A DNA stretch of 64,000 bases. It comes from Nitrospirota bacterium (lineage in GTDB: Bacteria > Nitrospirota > UBA9217). Positions 43,028 through 52,766 of this stretch are shown piece after piece. Position 1 is the first letter of the stretch, and the number at the start of each line of letters is the position of its first letter. Made by a program: the position numbers and the translations under genes. The stretch covers positions 704,001 through 768,000 of the forward strand of contig CAVUCU010000001.1 in NCBI GenBank assembly GCA_963740085.1, in the 5' to 3' direction. Under the pieces are notes generated by a model that searched no databases, was not told the DNA's origin, and was given only the letters and a program-made list of their open reading frames with translations.

Positions 43028-43137
43028 TCTCGCAGAGGCGCAGAGTTCGCAGAGAAAAGCACAAAAATATAATCTCAGTTAAAACCAAGACGTAAAGGTT
43101 TTGATTTAACTCTGCGTCCTCTGCGTGCTCTGCGAGA
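43028..43137. repeat. Intergenic palindrome with CGCAGAG arms
   Basis: TCTCGCAGAGGCGCAGAGTTCGCAGAG ... CTCTGCGTCCTCTGCGTGCTCTGCGAGA. Confidence 0.82.
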
Positions 43138-43171
43138 AAAGGCCTTTTGGTTCCCGATCGTCCGGGTTAGA

Positions 43172-45572
43172 CTAATTCCGCAGCGCCTTCCCCTTTTTCA
43201 GCATGTACTGGATCCGCTCCAGCGTTTTTTTCTGGCCGCAGAGCTTGAGGAACGCCTCCCGCTCCAGCTCCAGCAGATACTCTTCGGTGATCAGGGTGCC
43301 GGCGGGAACATCACCGCCGGTGATGACATCGGCGATCGTTCCGGCGAGAAGCTCTTCGAACTCCGTGACATGAATCCGCCCATCTTCATGTTCCAGAGCT
43401 GTGACTTGATCGTGGCGGCAATGCTTCTTCCCGGCGCCTTCAGGTCGACAAGCGGCTTCGACCGGGCGGTAGTTGGCCGCGAGGGCGATCGCCTTCTGCT
43501 TGGCGTCGAGGATCCGTTTACCGGTGTCCATGGAGAAGGCTGTCGCCGTGCCGCATGAAGCCCATGCCATAAAGCTCGGCAGCGGATGTGCTCACTTTGG
43601 CCATGGCGATGTTCGAGAAGTTTTTGAAGATGAACGGGGCTGACGTCGGTATCGTATTCCTCCGCCAGCTTTATGGCGCGGACCGCCATCTCCTTGGTGC
43701 CGCCGCCCGCGGGAAGGAGCCCGACCCCGATCTCCACCAGCCCCATATAGGTCTCTGCATGGGGGTTCATCGCGTCGGCATGGAGGCAGGTCTCGCACCC
43801 GCCTCCCATGACCAGGTTGTGCGGCGCGGCAACCACCGGGATCTTCGAGTACTTGATCGCCATCATCGCCTTCTGGAAGTTCTTGACGGTCATGGCGATG
43901 TCGTCATAGGCCCCTTCGGCAATGGCCATGGCAATAAGCATCAGGTTGGCGCCGGCTGAAAAGATGCCTCCCCTCGTTGGCGATGACGAGACCGACCCCG
44001 TCCTGCTCCGTTCGCCTGATGCCCTTGTGGATCATGGAGAGGATCTCGTTGCCGATGGCGTTCATCTTGGTGTGGAATTCGAGGCAGAAGACCCCGTCGC
44101 CCAGATCGAGCACGGAAGCGCCGCTGTTCTTCTCCACCACGCCGTTGCTTTTTGTCAGGAGAGAGAGGCTGATCGTCCCGTCCGGCCTGGGCACTTCGCG
44201 ATATTCCCCGGCATGGATGTGGTAGTAGTAGTCTTTGCCGTTCTCGAATTTGTAGAACCGCTCGATCGTCTTGAGGCCCGCGGGCACCTCCACCCCGTCC
44301 TGCTCCGCCCGTATCGACGAAGTTCTTGACCCCGATGGCGTCGAGCATCTCAAAGGGGCCGAGGTCCCAGTTGAATCCCCACTTCATGGCGTTGTCGATA
44401 TTGACGATGTCGTCGGCGATCTCGGGAATCCGATTGAAGGTATAGATCAGGGTGTCGCGCAAATTCTTCCAGGCGAACGCGGCCGCCTTGTCGGCGCCGG
44501 ATATGACCGCCTGCAGCCTTTTCCCGGGATCGTCGATCGGCTTGGCAGCGTCCACGGAGGCGAATCTTGGGCCGCAGGGACGGCAGCATACTCCCCGGAC
44601 TGTATAGTCGTAGTAAAAGTATGCGGGACCGTTCTCGCCTTTCTCTTTTTTGAAGAATCCCCGCCTGCTCTTGTTCCCCAGGAGACCCTTCTGTCACCAT
44701 CTCCTTGACAAAGCCGGGCAAGCGGAAGACCTCCCGCTGCTCGTCCTTTGCCAGCGGTTCATAGGCAGTTGTCCGCCACATGCTGCAGGGTGTCGAGTCC
44801 CACCAGATCAGCGGTGCGGAAGATGGCGCTTTTCGGGCGGGCAGTTGCCGGCCCGGCAACGGCGTCCACCTCTTCCACGGTCATCCCCATCTCCATCATG
44901 TGACGCATACCGTTGCAGATGGAATAGACGCCGATCCGGTTGGCAATGAAGTTGGGGGTGTCCTTGGCATAGACGATCCCCTTCCCGAGGCGCTTCTCAA
45001 TGAATCCTGCCATGAAGCGGACCACTTCAGGATCGGTGAATTTGTACGGGACGATCTCCAGAAGGCGCATGTAGCGCGGCGGATTGAAGAAATGGGTGAT
45101 AAGAAAGTTTTTCCGCACGTGCTCCGGAAGACTCCCGGCCATCTCGTTCACGGAAAGTCCGCTCGTGTTGGTCGAGAGGATGGTGCCCTCTTTCAGGTTC
45201 GGGCACGACCTTCTCGCTGAAGAGGCGCTTCTTGATCTCCATCTTTTCAATGACGACCTCAATGACCCAGTCACATTCCTGGAGCCTTTTGATATCGTCG
45301 TCGAAATTACCCGCTTCTATATAAGAAGCATACGCGGGGAGGAAAAACGCCGCGGGCTTCATTTTCCTGAGTCCTTCCAGTCCCGTCATCGCGATCCGGT
45401 TTCGTACGGCGGGATCGTTCAGGGTAAGGCCCGCCTTCTTTTCGGCCTCGTTCGGCTCCTTCGGCACGATGTCGAGCAGCAGCACCCGGATGCCTGCATT
45501 GGCGAGGTGGGCGGCGATGGTCGATCCCATGACCCCCGCCCCCAGGACAGCCACTTTGTTGATCTGTTTCAT
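43172..45572 (-). pseudogene. fadN: 3-hydroxyacyl-CoA dehydrogenase/enoyl-CoA hydratase (FadN-type), many frameshifts
   Basis: [50 protein letters not shown] end, spread over many fragments. Confidence 0.88.
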
Positions 45573-45644
45573 CACATTCCTCCGTCGGAACATTTGCTGG
45601 TGGGAAGCCTTCGGTAACGGTTTATTTCTCTTGGCTCAACCTAT

Positions 45645-45773
45645 TACAGTCTGTTAGAAAGTGTTGCAAGTGGTTCGACAGGCTCATCACGAAGGGATAC
45701 AAATCAAGATATTCTATGCACCCTCCGTTCGCCTTGAGCCTGTTAAAGGGTGAACGGAGTTTTTTCAAATCCT
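45645..45773. repeat. REP-like intergenic element
   Basis: TTCGACAGGCTCA ... CCGTTCGCCTTGAGCCTGTTAAAGGGTGAACGG nested inverted repeats. Confidence 0.55.
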
Positions 45774-45907
45774 GGTTAATTGTAACATCAACACGGATTA
45801 TTGTACAGAATCGTTTGCGCTGCGTGCGGCAGTATTCGCCGGGAGGAGGATTTGGAGGAATTCCGAAAAAGGTTTGAAGCGACTCAGGGGCGCGAGATAA
45901 AAATGGT

Positions 45908-46687
45908 CTAAAAGATGGCGCTCCAGACTTTCGCCGCGGTGGCGAAGATGATCGCCGCGAGCAGCCACTTGAGAAAACGCGTGTTGGTCCTTTTCCCGAC
46001 AATACTGCCGAACCGTGCCGCAGGGACCGCGCCGGCAATAAGCGGCAGTGCCATGAGATACGGCACCTGGCCGGTAGCGACCTTTCCGACCAGGCCCGCC
46101 GAGGAAGAGAACAACCCGATCGCAAGCGTGCTTCCGAGGGCCACTCGCAGCGGTATCTTCAGGACATACAGCATCATCGGAATTAATATGAATGCCCCGC
46201 CCTGTCCCACCAGCCCAATTGAAAAGCCGATAACGACACCGATCACGATCGCCGTGGGTTTATGGAAGATCACCTTCTCTTCGGTCAGCTCATCCTTCGC
46301 GTAATTTCGCGGTATAAGCATCATCACTGCAGCGATCAAAGCCAGTGCACCGAAGACCATGAGCAACGGTCCGTCCGGCACGTTCTTCGAAGCCAGCGAC
46401 CCGATCAATGACGACAGGAACAGGGAAAGCCCGAGGGTAAAGACGAGGGATCTGTTCACGAGCGCGTTTTTGTGGTAGTAGAACATCGCCGCAAGTGCTG
46501 AGAAAAAACCCTGGACCATCGTGAGACCGGTGATGCTCTTGACCTCGATCCCGCTGAATCCCAGGAACGGCGTCACGTAGAGCAGCAACGGGAACATGAT
46601 GATGCCGCCGCCGATGCCGAGCAATCCCGAGAGAAACCCGACCGACACGCCGACCAGGGCCAGGAACAGGAATAAAGTGGATTCCAT
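45908..46687 (-). CDS. Sulfite exporter TauE/SafE family membrane protein
   Basis: GLLGIGGG and GLVGQGGA repeated halves, about 8 TM helices; abuts the selD stop. Confidence 0.9.
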   Translation of the reverse strand: MESTLFLFLALVGVSVGFLSGLLGIGGGIIMFPLLLYVTPFLGFSGIEVKSITGLTMVQGFFSALAAMFYYHKNALVNRSLVFTLGLSLFLSSLIGSLASKNVPDGPLLMVFGALALIAAVMMLIPRNYAKDELTEEKVIFHKPTAIVIGVVIGFSIGLVGQGGAFILIPMMLYVLKIPLRVALGSTLAIGLFSSSAGLVGKVATGQVPYLMALPLIAGAVPAARFGSIVGKRTNTRFLKWLLAAIIFATAAKVWSAIF

Positions 46688-47734
46688 TTATTGCACCACG
46701 AAGATCCGAATAGATCCTTTTTCATCTCCTTCGAGTACGTCGCCGATATGGGCCGCCAGGATATGCTCTTTCTGCAGGGCCGCAATAAGCTTGTTCTTTC
46801 TGACCTGAGGCACGAACATCAAGAGACCGCCCGACGTTTGGGCGTCATTCATCAGCACCCGGTCGGTCAGGGACACATCACTGCTCCACTCCACGGAGGG
46901 GTCATAGCTCTTTTGATTGGCCCTCGTGCCGCCCGGTATCATGCCCATACCGGCGATCGTCGCCGCCTCCTCGAAAAAAGGCACCCGGCGGGCGTGGAGT
47001 CTGGCCGAACAGTTGCTCGCCGTCAGGACCTCTATGAGATGGCCGATAAGACCGAATCCCGTAATATCCGTGGCCGTACTGACGCCTACTTCGAGCATGA
47101 TCTCGCCCGCCCTTTTATTCAGCGTTGCCATCGATTTTGTGAACGCGTCCACCGTCGCTGCGCTGCATCTTCCGGATTTTATCCCGGTTGAGATCACTCC
47201 GGTGCCTATCTTCTTGGTAAGTATCAGGGCATCACCCTTTTTTGCTTTTGCGTTATCGAGTATCTTATCAGGGTGGATGCTGCCCAGCACGGCATATCCG
47301 AATTTCGGTTCCTTGTCCTTGATCGTATGGCCGCCGATGATGGCGACACCGGCCTCGGTCATCTTATCGATGCCGCCCTGCATGATCCGCTTGTTGATGT
47401 CGTAAAAATCATCCCCGCTCGGCAGCGCCGCGATGTTCAGGGCCACCAGCGGCTTACCGCCCATTGCGTAGACGTCCGACAATGAGTTGGCCGCCGCGAT
47501 CGCGCCGAACCAGTAGGGATCATCGACGATCGGGGTAAAGAAATCGGCCGTAAAGACCATGGCAAGGTCGTCTGTTACGCGGTAGACACCCGCATCGTCC
47601 GCGTTCGAAGAGTCCACGAGCACGTTCGGGTCAATGATCTTCGGCAGATGTCCCAGGACCTGGGACAGTTCAGCAGGGCTGAACTTTGCCGCTCAACCGG
47701 CGCAGCTGGAAAGTTGCGTGAGTTTGATTTCCAT
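46688..47734 (-). CDS. selD: Selenophosphate synthetase SelD, selenocysteine-containing (UGA at 47695-47693)
   Basis: GGAGG SD; MEIKLTQLSSCAG-UGA-AAKFSP continues in frame into DDAGV, DFFTP, NSLSDVYAMGG, GGHT, TDITGFG, DAQTSGGL. Confidence 0.93.
47649..47685 (-). promoter_or_regulatory. Candidate SECIS element of selD
   Basis: Two 8-bp hairpins just 3' of the UGA: AGTTCAGC-CCT-GCTGAACT and TGTCCCAG-GTC-CTGGGACA. Confidence 0.7.
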
Positions 47735-47775
47735 GATTGTCGATCCTCCACTCTGTATTTTATGTAGCCAAGACC

Positions 47776-48117
47776 TTATCGCCTTCTCTCGCCCGGATAG
47801 GTCCCTTTTTTTGTAACCGGACAGCAAGCCGGAGCGGGCAGGTCGTCTTCATATTCCTTTTTGAGCAGATCGAGCAGATCCGGAATGAGGGGTTCTTGCA
47901 GAAAGTAACACTTGAGCCTGCCATCTATGAAAAAATCGATGATACCGTTAGTGCGAAGAAGTGCCAGGTGCTGCGACACGTTCGGTTGGCTGATGTCGAG
48001 CGAACTCTCGAAATCGCTCACACACCTTACTTCCTGCCTGAGGTCTTCAAGGATCTTGATCCGGATAGGGTGGGCAATTACCTTCAGCAGCTCTATCCTC
48101 TTATCTGTGGAAATCAT
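47776..48117 (-). CDS. ArsR/SmtB-family transcriptional regulator
   Basis: AHPIRIKIL, CVSD, SQPNVSQHL; C-terminal PACCP. Confidence 0.92.
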   Translation of the reverse strand: MISTDKRIELLKVIAHPIRIKILEDLRQEVRCVSDFESSLDISQPNVSQHLALLRTNGIIDFFIDGRLKCYFLQEPLIPDLLDLLKKEYEDDLPAPACCPVTKKGTYPGERRR

Positions 48118-48163
48118 GCTGTCGTCCTCAAGGAGATTGAACCCTATTTAATGAACATGCCAA

Positions 48164-48203
48164 AATATATGCAAATATTATTATGTTATTATTAAAATGT
48201 CAA
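48164..48203 (-). promoter_or_regulatory. Sigma70 promoter of arsR-selD-tauE with AT-rich inverted repeat (possible ArsR operator)
   Basis: TTGACA(48203-48198)-17-TAATAT(48180-48175); AATAT-N6-ATATT overlaps the -10. Confidence 0.55.
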
Positions 48204-48376
48204 CACATACTTTGAAAGCAAAACCACAGGTCCTGAAGAGTTTCGTTAAAAAACAATAGTACAGCATCAAGCGCGCGCAAAGCAGTATAGCTTATCGTTA
48301 TTAGATTCCCTTCGTCGAACGACCACGCTGCAGGCATCAGAAACAACATTATTAAATTTCTTTTTTTGCGGGCATC

Positions 48377-48404
48377 TTGACAACAGTCTTATCCAAGATA
48401 TACT
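48377..48404 (+). promoter_or_regulatory. Sigma70 promoter of the nosL-like gene
   Basis: TTGACA-16-TATACT. Confidence 0.5.
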
Positions 48405-48456
48405 CATAACAGTAATTTTAGACTTGTTAATCGCCGATCAAAGGGGGATGTGTGTG

Positions 48457-48993
48457 ATGAAAAAAATGTACGTTGTATATTTTGCAGTTGCCGTTTGTCT
48501 GGCTTTCAGTGGACTGGTCATTGCCCAGCAGGTGAGCAATGACGTCACTGTTCACAAATCGTGCAAGCTTTGCGGGATGGACAGGGGTATGTTCGACTTT
48601 TCCCGCATGCTGGTCGAGTATGATGACGGTACGATCGTCCCCCTCTGCAGCATTCACTGCGCTGCCATCGACATGGCTAACAATATCGACAAAACGCCCA
48701 AGTCAATCATGGTCGGTGATTTTAATAATAAACAACTTATCGATGCGGAAAACGCCTTCTGGGTGGTCGGAGGTAACAAGCCGGGGGTCATGTCCAAGCG
48801 GGGGAAGTGGGCCTTTGAAAAAAAGGTGGACGCCGAGACTTTCGTGAAAATGAACCAGGGGAAGATCGTTCCTTTTGAAGAAGCGATAAAAATGGCCTAT
48901 GAAGACATGTACGCAGATACAAAAATGATAAGGGAGAAACGAAAGATGAAGCATATGCACATGATGGAGCAGAAATCCGGCGCCTCCCACTAA
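48457..48993 (+). CDS. NosL-family periplasmic metal-binding protein
   Basis: Signal peptide, CKLCGM, CSIHC, AFWVVG..PGVM, AF..K.DAE.F. Confidence 0.85.
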   Translation: MKKMYVVYFAVAVCLAFSGLVIAQQVSNDVTVHKSCKLCGMDRGMFDFSRMLVEYDDGTIVPLCSIHCAAIDMANNIDKTPKSIMVGDFNNKQLIDAENAFWVVGGNKPGVMSKRGKWAFEKKVDAETFVKMNQGKIVPFEEAIKMAYEDMYADTKMIREKRKMKHMHMMEQKSGASH

Positions 48994-49084
48994 CAAATGG
49001 GCCGGAGGTTGTCTGAACCGATGTTTCCGGGCCGACGGGTCATGAACTTCTTAGGGCAACGGTCTCAGTTCATCATTCTAAACT

Positions 49085-49252
49085 TCACGCCCGGTTGCTC
49101 GGGCGTCGGGCAATCTTCTCCCAGGTCTCTTCATCGATCTGGTCCGAATACTCATTGATCGAAAATTCCCTGCCGCACGCCGTGCAGCGAAATGTTACTG
49201 CTCTTCAGCCGATCCGGAGCTCGACTGTCCTGCCGCAGGTCTTGCATTTCAT
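49085..49252 (-). CDS. Small dual-CxxC selenoprotein (55 aa, UGA at codon 16)
   Basis: GAGG SD; MKCKTCGRTVELRIG-UGA-RAVTFRCTACGREFSINEYSDQIDEETWEKIARRPSNRA*; hairpin 16 nt after the UGA. Confidence 0.8.
49172..49188 (-). promoter_or_regulatory. Candidate SECIS element of the small selenoprotein
   Basis: GCUGCAC-GGC-GUGCGGC stem-loop with a G-first loop, extendable by flanking U-rich/GGGAAU pairing. Confidence 0.65.
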
Positions 49253-49280
49253 ACGAACCTCAATAAACAAAAAATCACGG

Positions 49281-49361
49281 GGACAGGAGCCAGAACCCAG
49301 GAGTCAGGAGAAAAAGCGTGCTACGACCTCTAGCGATCCTATCCTGGCTTCTGACTCCTGA
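49281..49361. repeat. Heptamer-based inverted repeat (CAGGAGT / ACTCCTG type)
   Basis: CAGGAGCCAGAACCCAGGAGTCAGGA ... TCCTGGCTTCTGACTCCTGA. Confidence 0.8.
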
Positions 49362-49372
49362 ATGCTGCCATC

Positions 49373-51145
49373 TTACTCTACAATATCGAGTTTGATCGAA
49401 AGCTCCTTGAGCTGTGCCGCAGCAACGCGGGACGGCGCCTCGGTCATAAGACAGATCGCCTTCTGCGTCTTGGGGAATGCGATCACGTCGCGGATCGATG
49501 TGGCGCCCGTCAGGATCGCCGTGAGCCGGTCGAGACCAAAGGCAAGACCACCGTGGGGCGGCGCGCCGAATTCGAGCGCCTCGAGAAGAAACCCGAACTT
49601 CTTCCGCGCGTCCTCTTCGGCGATGTTCAAGAGCCCGAACATCTGCGACTGGACCTCGGACCGGTGGATACGGATGCTGCCGCCGCCGATCTCCGAGCCG
49701 TTCAGCACGATATCATAGGCCCGGGCCTTCACCTTGAGAGGATCGGTCTTCATGAACTCAAGGTCTTCTTCCCTGGGCGCGGTAAAAGGATGGTGCATGG
49801 CGTCGTACCTTTTTTCCTCGGCATTCCATTCCACCAGCGGGAAGTCCGTGACCCAGAGAAAGTTCAGTTTGCTCTCGTCAATGAGATCCAGACGCTTCGC
49901 CATGAGCAGGCGAAGGTAGCCGAGCGTCTCGGCAACGATCTTCGGACTGTCGGCAATGAACATCATGAGATCGCCGGGTTTTGCCGCAAGCCTCTCGGCA
50001 ATGGCTTCTACCTGGCCTTCTTTGAAGAACTTCGCGATCGGCGATTCAAAGCCCGATTCGGTCACCTTGATCCAGGCCAGGCCCTTTGCGCCGAAGACCT
50101 TTGCCTCGTTCGTGAGGTCGTCCACCTCTTTTCGCGAAAGCCCCGCCATGTTCGGTGCTGCCAGACCTCTTACCTGCCCGCCGAGTTCCACGGCCTGGAG
50201 AAACACCTTGAAGTCCGACGCCCTGGCGATATCGGAAATATCCTTAAGCTCGAGCCCGAAACGCGTATCCGGTTTGTCCGAACCGTAGCGGTCCATGGCA
50301 TCACGGTAGGTGAGCCGGGGAAACGGCGTCGGAATATCCACCGCCTTCACTTCTCTGACCACCTTCGCAAGCAGTTCTTCCATGAGCGAGATGATATCAT
50401 CCTGGTCGATAAAAGACATTTCGAGGTCGATCTGGGTGAATTCGGGCTGGCGGTCCGCGCGCAGGTCCTCGTCGCGGAAGCACTTCACGATCTGGTAGTA
50501 GCGCTCGAACCCGGCCACCATCAGGATCTGCTTAAAGAGCTGCGGCGACTGGGGGAGCGCGTAGAACATGCCGGGATTCACCCTGCTCGGAACGAGATAG
50601 TCCCGTGCGCCTTCCGGTGTGCTCTTGGTCAGGAACGGCGTTTCGATATCGATGAAACCGTGGCCGTCCAGAAATTGCCGCACGGTCCTGGCGATCGTGT
50701 GGCGGGTTATGAGTACCTTCTGAAGACTCGGCCGGCGCAAGTCGAGGTAACGGTATTTGAGCCTGAGGCTTTCGGCCACGTCCGTCTCATCCTCGATCAT
50801 GAACGGCAGGGGCTTTGACGCATTCAAAATAGAAAGCCCGCTCACGAGCACCTCGATCTCGCCGGTCGGGAGCTTGGGATTGACCGTATTGCCCGGCCGC
50901 GGTGCGACCGTACCGGTGATGGCAAGAACGAACTCGCTCCTGATGTCGTGGGCAAGCTTATGCGCGTCCGCGGACGTTTCCGGATTGATGACGAACTGGG
51001 TTATGCCGGCACGGTCACGCAGGTCGATGAATACGAGACCGCCATGGTCTCTTCTCGTATTTACCCAGCCCATGAGCGTCACCATCGCGCCCACATCCTT
51101 CCGGGACAATTCCCCGCAGGTATGCGTCTTTTTCAATGATTTCAC
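49373..51145 (-). CDS. aspS: Aspartate-tRNA ligase
   Basis: [51 protein letters not shown]; GTG start assumed. Confidence 0.96.
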   Translation of the reverse strand: MKSLKKTHTCGELSRKDVGAMVTLMGWVNTRRDHGGLVFIDLRDRAGITQFVINPETSADAHKLAHDIRSEFVLAITGTVAPRPGNTVNPKLPTGEIEVLVSGLSILNASKPLPFMIEDETDVAESLRLKYRYLDLRRPSLQKVLITRHTIARTVRQFLDGHGFIDIETPFLTKSTPEGARDYLVPSRVNPGMFYALPQSPQLFKQILMVAGFERYYQIVKCFRDEDLRADRQPEFTQIDLEMSFIDQDDIISLMEELLAKVVREVKAVDIPTPFPRLTYRDAMDRYGSDKPDTRFGLELKDISDIARASDFKVFLQAVELGGQVRGLAAPNMAGLSRKEVDDLTNEAKVFGAKGLAWIKVTESGFESPIAKFFKEGQVEAIAERLAAKPGDLMMFIADSPKIVAETLGYLRLLMAKRLDLIDESKLNFLWVTDFPLVEWNAEEKRYDAMHHPFTAPREEDLEFMKTDPLKVKARAYDIVLNGSEIGGGSIRIHRSEVQSQMFGLLNIAEEDARKKFGFLLEALEFGAPPHGGLAFGLDRLTAILTGATSIRDVIAFPKTQKAICLMTEAPSRVAAAQLKELSIKLDIVE

Positions 51146-51292
51146 CTTACTACCCCTCCCTGATCGATACAAAACAGGCTGGATAATAGCATTCAATCTG
51201 CACCAAAGTCAAGCGCCGGTTGCTGAGACCATTTTCATTGACTTGAAGCCCGGCTTCTGATATGAATGGAGCAAGCGGAAACAGGGACAACG

Positions 51293-51667
51293 ATGGTAAA
51301 TATTTTCTTCATAGGCATGGGCGGGTTCCTTGGTGCGATCTCCCGGTACGGGGTCGCGCTCTGGATCGGGCAGCGGTGGGGACGCAACTTTCCCCTCGGC
51401 ACCTTCCTGATCAATATCAGCGGCAGTTTTCTCATCGGGCTGCTCATGTCGCTGCTCACGGAACGTTTCATGGTGAACCCGCAATGGAGACTGCTCCTTA
51501 TCGTGGGGTTCCTCGGCGCCTATACCACGTTCTCAACGTTTGAATATGAGACCGGCGCGCTCATGAAAGACGGTGAGTGGCTGATCGCGATGCTGAATGT
51601 GATCCTGAGCGTCAGCGTCGGATTCATCGCATTGAAGCTCGGAGAGGTGATCGCAAAAATTATTTAA
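51293..51667 (+). CDS. crcB: Fluoride channel CrcB/FluC
   Basis: GGFLGAISRY, FPLGT, GFLGAYTTFSTF. Confidence 0.95.
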   Translation: MVNIFFIGMGGFLGAISRYGVALWIGQRWGRNFPLGTFLINISGSFLIGLLMSLLTERFMVNPQWRLLLIVGFLGAYTTFSTFEYETGALMKDGEWLIAMLNVILSVSVGFIALKLGEVIAKII

Positions 51668-51751
51668 CCGCCAAGAAGCAAGGGACGCAAAGGAAGGCGT
51701 AATACTCTTAATTCGCAATTCCTACTTTGCGCTCTTCGCGTCTTCGCGGTT
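51666..51751. repeat. Intergenic palindrome with 9-mer arms
   Basis: AACCGCCAAGAAGCAAGGGACGCAAAG ... CTTTGCGCTCTTCGCGTCTTCGCGGTT. Confidence 0.75.
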
Positions 51752-51769
51752 CATTCTTGAGGTGAAATC

Positions 51770-52114
51770 ATGATCAAAACCGGCCCCGCAAAAAAACTCA
51801 CTATCTACGTTGACGAAACCGAGAAGCTCCATGGTAAACCTGTCTATGAAGTGGTCATGGACATCCTTTTCACCCGGAAGATATCCGGAGCAAGCGTGTT
51901 CCGCGGGGTCGCGGGTTACGGGAGTCACGGCAAACTTCATACCGCGAAGATACTGGAACTCTCCACTACCCTGCCGGTCAAGATAGAAGTTGTTGATTCC
52001 GAGGAGATGATAAATGTCATCCTTGCCGAAATATCCTCCGTTGTCGAGAAAGGGCTCATTGAAGTGAGCGACACGAACGTCATCAGGTCCGGCTCACGAG
52101 GCAGTCATCCATAA
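51770..52114 (+). CDS. DUF190 (PII-like) protein, typical crcB neighbour
   Basis: GKPVYE, GASVFRGVAGYG, LPVKIEVVD. Confidence 0.88.
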   Translation: MIKTGPAKKLTIYVDETEKLHGKPVYEVVMDILFTRKISGASVFRGVAGYGSHGKLHTAKILELSTTLPVKIEVVDSEEMINVILAEISSVVEKGLIEVSDTNVIRSGSRGSHP

Positions 52115-52116
52115 CC

Positions 52117-52716
52117 ATGCAGTACCTGGACGCACAACTCCTTCTCTTCATAAATCACAACCTGGTGAATCCCGTTTTCGACGTGCTGATGACGACGTTG
52201 TCTCTGCAGGGTTATCTTCTGGTCCTGCCATTCCTTATATATATGGTCATTCATGGGTTCCGGCAAAAAGACCGGCGCGGGATGGGGCGTGGAATGACGG
52301 CGATCTGGACGATCGTGATAGCATGCCTCGCAGTTTATCTGACCGTGCTTGTCGAGGCTTGGATGAAGGATGCGGTCGCACGGGTACGGCCGTGCCGGGC
52401 GCTGGAGGGAATCAGGCTGATCCTCCCCTGCCCCAAGTCCAAGTCCATGCCCTCCGGCCATGCCATCAGTTCATTCGCCTTCGCCACGCCGCTTTTCCTG
52501 CTCACCCGCACCTATATCAGACTGACGTGGCGCCTTTACCCGGTCGTTCTCGCGTCATTGATCGCCTTCTCGAGGCTTTATCTGGGAGTCCATTATCCGA
52601 CAGATGTTCTTGTGGGCGCATTGCTGGGGGCGAGTATCGGGATGATGCTGTCATTTTTGTGGCGGATGATCGCGATTAAATACCGCAATGGGAGTGACAC
52701 TACTCCTGACTCCTGA
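52117..52716 (+). CDS. PAP2-family membrane phosphatase
   Basis: K...R.RP, PSGH, SRLYLGVHYPTDV. Confidence 0.92.
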   Translation: MQYLDAQLLLFINHNLVNPVFDVLMTTLSLQGYLLVLPFLIYMVIHGFRQKDRRGMGRGMTAIWTIVIACLAVYLTVLVEAWMKDAVARVRPCRALEGIRLILPCPKSKSMPSGHAISSFAFATPLFLLTRTYIRLTWRLYPVVLASLIAFSRLYLGVHYPTDVLVGALLGASIGMMLSFLWRMIAIKYRNGSDTTPDS

Positions 52717-52764
52717 CTCCTACCCTCCCTCCCCACTCCTGACTCCTGACTCCTGACTCCTGAT
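52702..52764. repeat. ACTCCTG heptamer tandem repeat
   Basis: Two tracts of ACTCCTG (about 3 and 4 copies) between convergent genes. Confidence 0.85.
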
Positions 52765-52766
52765 GC

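Noticed and set aside
43172-45572. Programmed frameshifting or multiple small genes in fadN
   Set aside because: Too many shifts, no consistent slippery sites, and the fragments are collinear pieces of one known protein
51200-51292. Fluoride riboswitch upstream of crcB
   Set aside because: No recognisable GGCGAUG...CGCC / UGAUG consensus; an Rfam scan would be needed to exclude it fully
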